From Longimicrobiales bacterium (GTDB lineage Bacteria > Gemmatimonadota > Gemmatimonadetes > Longimicrobiales > Gaopeijiaceae): a stretch of DNA of 64,000 bases. A program made the translations under genes and the position numbers. The DNA lies in the NCBI GenBank assembly GCA_965238005.1, contig OZ250165.1:4224001-4288000 (forward strand), read 5' to 3'. Shown piece by piece: positions 21,648 to 30,526 of the stretch (within the stretch, counting starts at the first letter, position 1; every line of letters begins with the position of its first letter). The notes below the pieces were generated by a model, which was not told where the DNA came from, did not search any database, and was given only the letters and a program-made list of their open reading frames with translations.

Positions 21648-22415
21648 CTAAAGCGGCCTGATCTTGATGTTGCGGTAGCGTATCTCGTGGCCGTGGTCCT
21701 GGACGCCGATTCCACCTCGTGTGGCCATACCGTAGTGGTCGTAGGGCGCGAATTTGCTCTGGTCCACCAGCGCGTGCCACTCGGGCGAGCGGATCTCGTA
21801 CTCGACGGTGATCTGGCCGTTGAGCCAGTGCTCCACATGAGCTCCGTCCACGATGATGCGGCCGTGGTTCCATTCGCCGATGGGGTTGGAGGCCGCCACC
21901 ACCGAGGCGTGGAGGTCATAGTTGTCCCCTGTCAGGTGCTTGTGCAGGTCCATGGTGCGCATCTCGATGTAGGCCGTGTCGTCCAGCACCTGAAACTCGG
22001 GGGCCACCATCCACATTTCTTCGCCCGCGTGCTCCTCCACCAGATAGAACACGCCGCTGTTGCCCACGGGCGAGACCTGGAAGTCGAACGAGAGCTCGAA
22101 GTCGGAGAACTGGGCTTCCGTGACGATGTCCCCTCCCAGGCCCTCCTCGCTCCCGTCCGATGCGAAGACGATCAGGTTGCCGTCGGCGACTTCCCAGCCC
22201 TGCTCTGGGAACGTCTCTCGATCGTATCCCCGCCAGCCCTCGGTGGAGACGCCGTCGAAGAGGAGCTGCCAGCCGGCCGCCACCTCGTCGGGGGTCAGGG
22301 TGTTGTGCTCGGGGGCCGGCAGAATGGCGGCGTCGGACCCGGCGGGAGCGTCGCCCTGCGGTTCGCACCCGAGCGTAGCGAAGCAGACGATGGCCGCCAA
22401 GAGCACGAGCCTCAT
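21648..22415 (-). CDS. DUF1080 / 3-keto-disaccharide hydrolase family lipoprotein
   Basis: GWQLLFDG, GNSGVFY, PEFQVLD, GEWN and QDHG...RNIKIR motifs. Confidence 0.9.
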   Translation of the reverse strand: MRLVLLAAIVCFATLGCEPQGDAPAGSDAAILPAPEHNTLTPDEVAAGWQLLFDGVSTEGWRGYDRETFPEQGWEVADGNLIVFASDGSEEGLGGDIVTEAQFSDFELSFDFQVSPVGNSGVFYLVEEHAGEEMWMVAPEFQVLDDTAYIEMRTMDLHKHLTGDNYDLHASVVAASNPIGEWNHGRIIVDGAHVEHWLNGQITVEYEIRSPEWHALVDQSKFAPYDHYGMATRGGIGVQDHGHEIRYRNIKIRPL

Positions 22416-23773
22416 GGGACCCGCATCTCCTGCGGATCCCAGCGCATGATCCGCTCGTCGAAGTAACTGTCGTTGCAGGCGAGAGCGGGGGCGGCGGCCC
22501 TCAGGCCGAAGACGGCGTCTTCGGTGACCGGCGGGCCGTTTCGGACACCGTTGAAGAAGTTCACGAAGTGGGCTCCCAGGTATCCCCGCTCGGCCACGTA
22601 CACGCTCTCGGCCGGCGGGAGCATCTGCTTCCGTTCCGCGGGACGAGAGTCCATCTCGTCGCTCTTCATCTGGTTGAAGACGTCGGTCGGGCCAGTGACC
22701 TTGTTCCGCCGCAGGACGATCTCCTCCCAGTCCACGTCCATGGCCCCTTCGCTTCCCACTAGCCGGAGGAAGGTGCTGCCCGACGTGCCGTCCACGAAGT
22801 TGACCCGTAGGGAGAGGTTGAAGGGTGGGTGGGCCTCGGCCTCCGGGTAGTCGAACATGCCGAGGAGAACGTCGGGTACTTCCCGGCCGTCCTTCCAGTA
22901 TCGGAGGCCTCCCTGGGCCATCACCCGCTGCGGGCCCACGGAGGACGCGATGAAGTGCAGGCTGGAGAAGAGATGCACGAACAGGTCTCCGGCCACTCCC
23001 GTGCCGTAATCCCGATAGTTCCGCCAGCGGAACACCCGGAGGGGGTCGAAAGGCCGACGAGGGGCGCTCCCCTGGAACATCTCCCAGTCCACGGTCTCCT
23101 CCGACGCGTCCTCGGGGATGTCGTACTGCCAGGCCCCCACCGGCGAGTTCCGGGCCCAGAAGCCCTCGGCGTAGTTCAGCTCACCGATGGCGCCCTCCTC
23201 GAGGAGCTCCTTGGCCTTCTCGTTCCCGAGGGAGCTCATCCCCTGGCTGCCCACCTGGAAGGTCTTGCCCGATTCCTCCTGCGCCCGGATGACGTCGTGG
23301 CCATCCTCGATGTCGTGGACCATTGGCTTCTCGCAGTAGACCGACTTGCCGCTACGCAGCGCCTCCGACGAGATCCGAGCATGCCAATGGTCCGGCGTGC
23401 CTATGATGACGGCGTCGATGTCCTCCCGGGCTAGCACCTCCCGATAGTCCCGGGTGGTGGAGAGGTCGGCGCCATGCTTTTCGCGGGCGGCCTCCAGGCG
23501 GCCTTCGTAGCAGTCGGATGCAGCCACCAATCGCACGCCCGGGACCTCGAGCGCGGTATCCACGTCGGCCATGCCCATGCCGCCGGCGCCGATGACGGCG
23601 ATCTGGATGTCGTCGTTGGCAGAGACCCGCCTCGTAGATCGTAGGATCTGGGCCGAAGGGCGATGGGCCGCCGAGAGTATCGACGGAGTGGCGCCCGCCG
23701 CCAGAGCGCCGGCGGCCAGCTTGCCGATGAACCTGCGCCTAGTGTGGCGGGCGCTGCCCGGTTGGTCGGTCAT
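22412..23773 (-). CDS. Tat-exported Gfo/Idh/MocA oxidoreductase
   Basis: TRRRFI Tat motif, IGAGGMG, TPDHWH and YCEKPM motifs. Confidence 0.92.
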   Translation of the reverse strand: MTDQPGSARHTRRRFIGKLAAGALAAGATPSILSAAHRPSAQILRSTRRVSANDDIQIAVIGAGGMGMADVDTALEVPGVRLVAASDCYEGRLEAAREKHGADLSTTRDYREVLAREDIDAVIIGTPDHWHARISSEALRSGKSVYCEKPMVHDIEDGHDVIRAQEESGKTFQVGSQGMSSLGNEKAKELLEEGAIGELNYAEGFWARNSPVGAWQYDIPEDASEETVDWEMFQGSAPRRPFDPLRVFRWRNYRDYGTGVAGDLFVHLFSSLHFIASSVGPQRVMAQGGLRYWKDGREVPDVLLGMFDYPEAEAHPPFNLSLRVNFVDGTSGSTFLRLVGSEGAMDVDWEEIVLRRNKVTGPTDVFNQMKSDEMDSRPAERKQMLPPAESVYVAERGYLGAHFVNFFNGVRNGPPVTEDAVFGLRAAAPALACNDSYFDERIMRWDPQEMRVP

Positions 23774-23874
23774 GGGAGTGCCTCCGATGGAGGTCTGCAC
23801 TGGGAGGGCGCCGGGGGCGGCCCGACCAACACCGGAACAGATGCCGACGTCCGGGCCGCCTGTGCCCACTCTAC

Positions 23875-24174
23875 CTACATGTGGGGCTCGAACAAGATCG
23901 CGTGGACATCCGTGTCGCCGATGTTCTCCACAATGTGCGTCCAGGCCTCGTGATACATCACGTGTCCATCGGGGATCTCAGCCTCCATCGAGTCGTCACC
24001 CACGTAGATCCGCAACTTGCCACCCTTGATGAAGTAGACGGTCTCGTTGGGGTGCGAGTGCTCGTTGTCCTTGGCACCCGCGGGCAGGGTCATCTCCACG
24101 ACTCTGAGATGCTCGTTGGAGAAGAGGACTCGATAGTGCTCCGGGGAAACCTCACAGGGATCGACGTACGCCAC
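23875..24174 (-). CDS. Cupin domain protein
   Basis: HSHP...H.VENIG cupin motifs. Confidence 0.8.
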   Translation of the reverse strand: MAYVDPCEVSPEHYRVLFSNEHLRVVEMTLPAGAKDNEHSHPNETVYFIKGGKLRIYVGDDSMEAEIPDGHVMYHEAWTHIVENIGDTDVHAILFEPHM

Positions 24175-24474
24175 GTGGTCCGTCCTGTCTCAGGGTCACA
24201 GCGACCCGCGGGGGCGAGGTCCACCCGCGCGGCGGCCGCGAAGGATGCAGGGCCCTACATGATACCAGTCGAGGAGTGCGAGTTCAAAGCCACGGCGACA
24301 GAAGGCCCCATTCCGATCGCTCCAGGACGAGCACGAACGAGGTACCCCGCCAGCTCGGGGCTCGCGGGGCTGGCTGACTGAGGAGGGCCTCGGCAACCAT
24401 CTCCGGTGCCTCGCGTACATTGCTTGGGAGGAAGCGTGATTGACCGATATCGGAGATGGTCGTGGTCGGTTTGG

Positions 24475-24840
24475 TCAGCCCGTTGCTTCCCGATCGAAAT
24501 CGGGGAACTCCGACTCGAAGTTCCGCACGATCTTCGCCACCTCGAATCCCGCGTCCTTCACGGTTTCCAGCAGCAGGTCGTTGGGGACGTCCACGTCTTG
24601 CTCCAGCGTCAGCGTCGCGAGCCCGGTGCTCAGCTCCACCTTCAGGTCCTCCACACCCTCGAGCCGCTGGAGCTTCTGCTGCACTCCATAGGCGCAGAAC
24701 GGGCAGCTCATCCCAAGGATGGTGACCTGGATCTGCCGCGGCGCGTGCTCCTGGGCCGCGGCCTCGTGTTGGGCCAGCACCGTCGGCGCTGCCGCGCCTA
24801 GCGCAAACGCCAGGGCAACTGCAGTTCGAAGCGCTTTCAT
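24475..24840 (-). CDS. Exported heavy-metal-associated (HMA) domain protein
   Basis: Signal peptide followed by GMSCPFC. Confidence 0.88.
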   Translation of the reverse strand: MKALRTAVALAFALGAAAPTVLAQHEAAAQEHAPRQIQVTILGMSCPFCAYGVQQKLQRLEGVEDLKVELSTGLATLTLEQDVDVPNDLLLETVKDAGFEVAKIVRNFESEFPDFDREATG

Positions 24841-24907
24841 CGGTATTCTCCTGTGTTCCTGGTTTTCGAAATTCAGCAACTGCATCAACAATCCATCTGC
24901 TTACGGT

Positions 24908-25978
24908 TTACATCCCTGGTATCCCGGACATCCCCGACGGCTGGAACCAGTGGTGGAACCACGGCACGTCATTCGGTCTTAGGGTCGAGTGGATCAGCGT
25001 CTCGATCAGCTCCCGGAGGCCGACCGTCCCAGCGAGCCAATCCAGCCCCCACCACCACGCGGTGGCGACCAGCGCACCCGCCAAGAGAGCCACGACCAGC
25101 CAGACCACGACCTTCCTGCCCAATTCGACGCCGAGTAGCGCGAAGTAGCGCGGAAGCACAAAGGGCATGACCAGCGTTCCCAGGTAGAAGGCGGAAAGCC
25201 CTGAATACGTGATGAACTCCGCCTTCCACAGCCCGGCGGCGAAGAGCGCATTACCGACGAGTGGGGCACCCGTTACGTAGGCCAGAAGCAGCCCCACAGC
25301 GGCGTTGCCGACTTGAACCAGAGGCCCCTTTGAGCCCTGCAAGGAGATATAGGCGGTCGACTGCCCGAGGGCGAGAAAGAACCCGACCCCGAGGAGTCCG
25401 AAGACCATCGGCCACCAGAGCGAATAGACCTGTCCCACGAGGGACATGGGGAGCCGCGCCCAAACGGGTCCACGCCGGGCAATCGGCGGCGTGACGGTAT
25501 GGGGCAACTCCTTCGCGGCGCTCTCCCGCGCTGCTCGCCACAACCGCTCCGGCGTTCGCCGGAGCCCGTAGAGCAAAACCGCCAGTGCGGCGCCCACGGC
25601 AACGACCTGGCCGATTACCGGCTGAGGCCCATTCAGTTCGACGATGAGGACCAACAGCCAGATGAACAACGCCTGCGCCGAAACGAGGTACGCCATCACG
25701 CCCGCAGGGCTCACCCCGCGAGCCAGCAGCTCCCTCGCCTGCAGGAACATCCGGCTTCTGCTGGGCGGGCTCAGCACTCCGAGGACCACGGCGCGCCACA
25801 CCGTGCCCCAGCCGTCGTCCGGACGCTCCAGCAATCGTCGAAGCCGACCGCGGACCCAGAACGATTCGCTCAGCGCCGTCAGCACCACGGCCAGCCCCAA
25901 GATCCACCAGAACATGAAGATGAAGTGGCCGCCGGTGAGCGTCGCCCACTGCAACACGCTTTCTATGAAGGGTGGCAT
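24908..25978 (-). CDS. Multi-TM membrane protein, permease-like (possibly DUF318-related)
   Basis: About 8 hydrophobic helices in two similar halves; GVSPAGVMAYL; C-terminal FHHW. Confidence 0.6.
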   Translation of the reverse strand: MPPFIESVLQWATLTGGHFIFMFWWILGLAVVLTALSESFWVRGRLRRLLERPDDGWGTVWRAVVLGVLSPPSRSRMFLQARELLARGVSPAGVMAYLVSAQALFIWLLVLIVELNGPQPVIGQVVAVGAALAVLLYGLRRTPERLWRAARESAAKELPHTVTPPIARRGPVWARLPMSLVGQVYSLWWPMVFGLLGVGFFLALGQSTAYISLQGSKGPLVQVGNAAVGLLLAYVTGAPLVGNALFAAGLWKAEFITYSGLSAFYLGTLVMPFVLPRYFALLGVELGRKVVVWLVVALLAGALVATAWWWGLDWLAGTVGLRELIETLIHSTLRPNDVPWFHHWFQPSGMSGIPGM

Positions 25979-26019
25979 TTACTTCTCCCGCTATAGCTCT
26001 TCTCGCGTGATGCGAGTCT

Positions 26020-27048
26020 CTATCGAAAGACCGAGAACCGGACACGGGTGCCGAACTGGAACCGGCTGTCGTACTCGTGCTGGGTTCCGTTGAGGTCCTG
26101 CACGATGGGAAACTGGACCGAGCCCTCGAACAACAACCACGGTGTCGGAACCCACTGAAGATCCGGACTCAGGAACAGCAGGTGGCCTCCGGAGTCCGGA
26201 TCCGAGGCGCCGTCGACCTTGTTCCTCGCCGCTACCTCTCCGTTCAGCTCCAGGTAGAGGACGAACGTCTGGTCGGTGATGCTCTCGTAGACCCACGGAG
26301 CGAAGCGGAGGGCGGCGGCGACATCGTAGCTGAAGACATTGCCCGCTTTGAATCCGCCGTCCGTGGTCTTGATCCGGTAGCCCACGTTGGCCAGAAGCCC
26401 CTGGCGGCGCTGCGTCATGGTGAGCAGCGCCTTGAAGGGAAAGTCCCAGGCACCGGAACCCACCTGGAGCGGCCGTGGGGCGAGGGTGCCGTCAGGCAAC
26501 ATGGCGCTGGTCTTGCCCAAGGGAATCTTGACTCCGCCTTCGATCCCCAACCGCGTCGTGCCCCCCAGGCGGTTCTTGCTGAGGAAGATCCACTTGGTGT
26601 CCACGACCACGTCGCCCACCCCGTTGGTCGTATAGTTTAGGCGCCCGCCGTCAGGTGTCGTGAAGTCCATGGACTTGCGCACGAACGGCACGATCACACG
26701 CGTGGTCCACATGGGCGTGATGGCGAACGGCAGGACCGCTACCGGCTGAACGAAGACGTTGATGTCGCGCTCCATCGGGTCCGTGATCTCGTCTCCGTCC
26801 CGCAGCAGGCCGTACCGACCCAGGAATGATCCGAACGTACGTGCCGCGGATTCTTCGAAGCCGGTTGTGATCGCGGTCTCGGTGTGGAACGGCAGCGCCT
26901 GGGCTGAAAGGCCTGCGGAAGTCAGCAGGACTGCCGCCGACAGCCCCGCGACAAGCCCGGACGCCATTCGGACGCACGCGTTGTGACGTCCAGCGTGTTC
27001 CAGTTTGCCAGGGCCTGACCGCGTTCGATTGTTAACCATCGAATTCAT
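26020..27048 (-). CDS. Outer-membrane beta-barrel 'transporter' (MetA-pathway/phenol degradation-like)
   Basis: GVGDVVV, KIPLG, LQVGSGAWD and SPDLQW motifs; amphipathic C-terminal strand. Start uncertain. Confidence 0.7.
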   Translation of the reverse strand: MNSMVNNRTRSGPGKLEHAGRHNACVRMASGLVAGLSAAVLLTSAGLSAQALPFHTETAITTGFEESAARTFGSFLGRYGLLRDGDEITDPMERDINVFVQPVAVLPFAITPMWTTRVIVPFVRKSMDFTTPDGGRLNYTTNGVGDVVVDTKWIFLSKNRLGGTTRLGIEGGVKIPLGKTSAMLPDGTLAPRPLQVGSGAWDFPFKALLTMTQRRQGLLANVGYRIKTTDGGFKAGNVFSYDVAAALRFAPWVYESITDQTFVLYLELNGEVAARNKVDGASDPDSGGHLLFLSPDLQWVPTPWLLFEGSVQFPIVQDLNGTQHEYDSRFQFGTRVRFSVFR

Positions 27049-27132
27049 CTAGCTCCACGTTACGTCGGTCGTACTCCACTGAAACTCCCCTGCAAGCACC
27101 GGCAAGCAGACGGGCTCCCTTGCGCTGCTGGC

Positions 27133-27164
27133 AAGGTAAACCTTAGAGCTTACTCCAAGGTAGA
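27133..27164 (-). promoter_or_regulatory. MerR/ZntR-type promoter-operator for the barrel-permease-HMA genes
   Basis: Dyad ACCTTAGAG-CTTA-CTCCAAGGT (27140-27161); TCTACC-N20-TACCTT on the minus strand. Confidence 0.7.
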
Positions 27165-27433
27165 GGCCCTGTCCGAACGCTGCTCGTGATGATCGTTCCC
27201 TACACCAGCGTCGCGTGGCTCGGGCAGGCCTCGGCCAGGCGTCGGACGACTGGCTTGCGCGAGAGCGTTCCGCCCACGGTTGTATGAGCAAGACGATGCA
27301 CGACGCGAGCGAGCCCGCGAGTAAGTGGTAGGGCGAAATGGCGATGTCTTCGGACGTGACTTCAAAGCCCTCTCCAGCCATCTCCAGCCATCTCCAGCCG
27401 AATCTTCAATTCACCTTCCAGAATCATCCTCAT
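27165..27433 (-). pseudogene. OsmC-like protein remnant
   Basis: MRMILEGELKIRLEMAG..SPYHLLAGSLASC...RLAEACPSHATLV*, with a 10-bp duplication frameshift, an internal deletion and a stop. Confidence 0.65.
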
Positions 27434-27454
27434 TGCTCACCTCTCAGTTCTCAT

Positions 27455-29938
27455 TCACTCACGAACCGGCACATGGCCATTGCCATCGACGTGTTCGGTT
27501 CGCTGCACCCGGAAACCCGCGTTCGCCAACACTTCGGCGAGGCGCTCGCCGGCCTCCGCACCCCCCTCCCAGTCCACCCGTACCTCCTTGGTCTGAGGAT
27601 CCGCGGCCACGTCGGTCACTTCCTCGAGCCCGCCGAGGCGATCCTGGATGGTTCGGGCACAGCCCTCGCAGTGCATGTCCGGCACCTGAAGCAACAGCTT
27701 GGTCGGCGTCACTTCACGCTCGTCCGGTGGAGCCACCGGAGCTTCCTCCGCACCGTCAGCGCGACCTAGGAGCCTCCCCCAGAAGGAGTTTGCCAACACG
27801 GTGCTGACGCTCGCGACCATCGCGACCATCGCCCAGATGGGATGCACGACTCCCGTCGCGGCCAAGGGGATACCTACGCCGTTGAATGCGAACGCCAGGG
27901 TCAGGTTCTGCACGGTCTTCCGGTACGAGGTGCGACCGATGGCGATGGCGTCGCTCACCCCCTCTAGTCGGCTGTGGATGAGCACGACATCGGCCGACTC
28001 GATGGCGATGTCTGTCCCGGCACCGATCGCGATCCCCACGTCGGCCTGCGTGAGTGCCGGCGCGTCGTTGATCCCGTCGCCCACCATGGCCACGCGAACG
28101 CCGGTCGCCTGGAGCTCGCGGATCTTGGCCGCTTTCTCCTCGGGCAACACTTCGGCGATCACATTCTCGATCCCGATCTCGCGTGCCACGATGGCGGCTG
28201 TCTGCCGGTTGTCGCCGGTTAGCATCGTCGGCTCAATACCAGCCTGCTTCAGGCGCGTGATCGCCTCCGCGGCGCCGTCCTTGACCGTGTCGGCGATGGC
28301 AATGAGTCCGATGACCTGTCCGCTTCGCGCGACGCCTACGACGGTCTGCCCACGGCCCTCAAGCTCGTCGAGCGTCTCTCGGGCGCCGGCATGAAACTGG
28401 ACCTCGCGTTCTTCGAGCAGCTTGCGACATCCCACGACGATGCGTTCGCCGGCCACCTGGGCCACCACGCCCCGGCCGGTCACGGACTCGAACGAATCGG
28501 GCGCCTCAACGTCGAGGCCCCAGTGCTCGGCATGGGCCACAATCGCTTGGCCCAGGAAGTGTTCGGACAGCAGTTCGGCAGAGGCGGCCACGCCGAGGAC
28601 GTCGTGTCTCGACACGTCGCCAACGGCTACCACATCCACCACAGCGGGATCGCCCTCGGTAATGGTGCCGGTCTTATCCAGCACGACCGCGCTAACGTCT
28701 TTCATGATCTGGAACGCCTCGGCGCTCCGGATGAGCACGCCCCGCTCGGCGGCCAACCCGCCGCCGCGAATGAGCGCGAGTGGCGTCGCCATCCCGAGGG
28801 CGCACGGATAGCCCATGACCAACACGCTGAGCGCAGCGAAGATCGCTCGCGTCCAGTCCGGCGAGCCCATTACGATCCACGCGCCGGCGGTCCAGATGAG
28901 GAAGGCTAGGGCAGACACCGCCAGCACGCCGGGCACGAAGTACGTGAGGATCGCGTCGACGAGCTGAATGATGCCCGGCTTCATCGCGCGCGCTTCCTGC
29001 ACATGCTTGGCCACCCGGCGGAGGAAGGTCTCCTCGCCCACGCGGGTGACTTCGATCAGGAGCGAGCCGGCTTTATTCACCGAACCGCCGATCGCCTCAG
29101 CACCCGGCGCCTTCTCGACGGGCAGTGGCTCTCCGGTCACGATCGACTCGTCCACGGCGGAGAAACCGTCGACCACCTTCCCATCCCCGGGAATGCGCTC
29201 GCCCGGACGTACCCGCACGCGATCGCCCACCCGGATCTCTTCGATAGGGACCTCGATCTCGTCGCCGTCCCGGATCACGCGCGCCGTGTCCGGCTGGAGC
29301 TCCAGCAGCTTGCGCACAGCCTCCTGGCTCCGGGCCCGAACGGTGGTGGAGACGTAGCCACTCAGAAGGTGGTACGTCATGAGAAAGGTCGCGGCCACGA
29401 AGAAGTCGGCGGGAAAGGCGGGAGCAACGAATCCCAGCAACCCCGCGACGTAGGCACCCGACGCACCAAAGGACAGCAGCACGTGCTGGTTGAAGATCCG
29501 CCGCCGCAGGCTGCCCCACGCCATGCGGAGGACGTGCGAGCCCACCCCGAAGACGGCGACCGTCGCGATGGCGGCCTGAAGGATACGACTTCCCGGGAGG
29601 TGGACACCGAACCACATCAGCGCCATCAACACGATGGCGACTGTGGCAAGTGCGGCGTTCACAAAGAGCTTACGCCTCTCGCGCCGCAACTCCTCCTGCT
29701 GCTCTTCGTACGCCCGCACCCGGTTCGGATCTCGGACGGTGTAGCCCAGGTCGCGCAGCACGTCTTTCACACGTGCTTCATCGATTCGCTCGGCGTCGTA
29801 CTCGATCAGCGCCTCTTCGTGAGCCACGCTGACGGCGGCGTTCACGACCCCTTCCGTGTTCTCGAAGGCGCGGTGGATGCTCTCCTGGCAGAAGGAGCAG
29901 TGCATCCCGCCGACATTGATCTGCAGTTTGTTGGTCAT
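27455..29938 (-). CDS. Heavy-metal P1B-type ATPase with N- and C-terminal HMA domains and a non-canonical YPC motif
   Basis: MHCSFC, TGEP, GYPCALG, DKTGT, SEHF, GDGINDAP and C-terminal MHCEGC. Confidence 0.93.
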   Translation of the reverse strand: MTNKLQINVGGMHCSFCQESIHRAFENTEGVVNAAVSVAHEEALIEYDAERIDEARVKDVLRDLGYTVRDPNRVRAYEEQQEELRRERRKLFVNAALATVAIVLMALMWFGVHLPGSRILQAAIATVAVFGVGSHVLRMAWGSLRRRIFNQHVLLSFGASGAYVAGLLGFVAPAFPADFFVAATFLMTYHLLSGYVSTTVRARSQEAVRKLLELQPDTARVIRDGDEIEVPIEEIRVGDRVRVRPGERIPGDGKVVDGFSAVDESIVTGEPLPVEKAPGAEAIGGSVNKAGSLLIEVTRVGEETFLRRVAKHVQEARAMKPGIIQLVDAILTYFVPGVLAVSALAFLIWTAGAWIVMGSPDWTRAIFAALSVLVMGYPCALGMATPLALIRGGGLAAERGVLIRSAEAFQIMKDVSAVVLDKTGTITEGDPAVVDVVAVGDVSRHDVLGVAASAELLSEHFLGQAIVAHAEHWGLDVEAPDSFESVTGRGVVAQVAGERIVVGCRKLLEEREVQFHAGARETLDELEGRGQTVVGVARSGQVIGLIAIADTVKDGAAEAITRLKQAGIEPTMLTGDNRQTAAIVAREIGIENVIAEVLPEEKAAKIRELQATGVRVAMVGDGINDAPALTQADVGIAIGAGTDIAIESADVVLIHSRLEGVSDAIAIGRTSYRKTVQNLTLAFAFNGVGIPLAATGVVHPIWAMVAMVASVSTVLANSFWGRLLGRADGAEEAPVAPPDEREVTPTKLLLQVPDMHCEGCARTIQDRLGGLEEVTDVAADPQTKEVRVDWEGGAEAGERLAEVLANAGFRVQRTEHVDGNGHVPVRE

Positions 29939-29969
29939 CAGACTCTCCCGGTCATTCCGACTTCTAGCC

Positions 29970-30001
29970 AATCTAAACCTTGGAGTTTACTCAAGAGTCA
30001 A
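29970..30001 (-). promoter_or_regulatory. ZntR-like metal-inducible promoter of the ATPase
   Basis: TTGACT-N20-TAGATT with dyad ACCTTGGAG-TTTA-CTCAAGAGT (29977-29998); same architecture as E. coli PzntA. Confidence 0.85.
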
Positions 30002-30057
30002 GGCCTCGCATGGACCTACAGATTGGGCCCCAGAGTCCCGCCCTTGCTGTCGTAATA

Positions 30058-30087
30058 ACCTTTGTGTATACTCCAAGGTTCTAAGAT
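30058..30087 (+). promoter_or_regulatory. Third MerR-type operator upstream of the regulator gene
   Basis: ACCTTTGTG-TATA-CTCCAAGGT (30058-30079) followed by TAAGAT. Confidence 0.7.
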
Positions 30088-30115
30088 GCGTCGCGCTACA
30101 CTTGGAGGACACGAA

Positions 30116-30508
30116 ATGCGGATTGGAGAGCTCGCGAAGTCGGCGGGAGTGACTCCCGACACTATTAGGTATTACGAGCGTGAAGGACTGCTGCCTCTCG
30201 CAGACCGCACGCCGAGCGGTTACCGGGACTACGGGCTGGAGGTGGTCGACGACCTGCGATTCATCAAGAAGGCGCAAGCGCTAGGGCTCAAGCTGGGTGA
30301 CGTCCGCGAGGTCCTGGAAATCTCTGCGGGGGGGAAACCACCGTGCGAGCACGTGCGCGCGACCGTCAGCGCACGGCTCACGGAGGTAGAGCAGCGGCTA
30401 AAGGACCTCAGGGCGCTGCGCTCAACGCTGCGCGAGACGCTGGAACGCCTCGATCGTGCGCCGCCGCCAAAGGCAGGATGCCGCTGCGCGGTGATCGAAT
30501 CGGCTTAG
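30116..30508 (+). CDS. MerR-family heavy-metal-responsive regulator (ZntR/CadR-like)
   Basis: MRIGELAK...TIRYYER..LL, GYRDY, PPCEH and C-terminal CRC; RBS GGAGG. Confidence 0.92.
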   Translation: MRIGELAKSAGVTPDTIRYYEREGLLPLADRTPSGYRDYGLEVVDDLRFIKKAQALGLKLGDVREVLEISAGGKPPCEHVRATVSARLTEVEQRLKDLRALRSTLRETLERLDRAPPPKAGCRCAVIESA

Positions 30509-30526
30509 AGACCGCCGCCGGGCACC

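Noticed and set aside
24180..24470. Small ORFs between the cupin and HMA genes
   Set aside because: No recognisable motif or consistent frame; cannot be supported.
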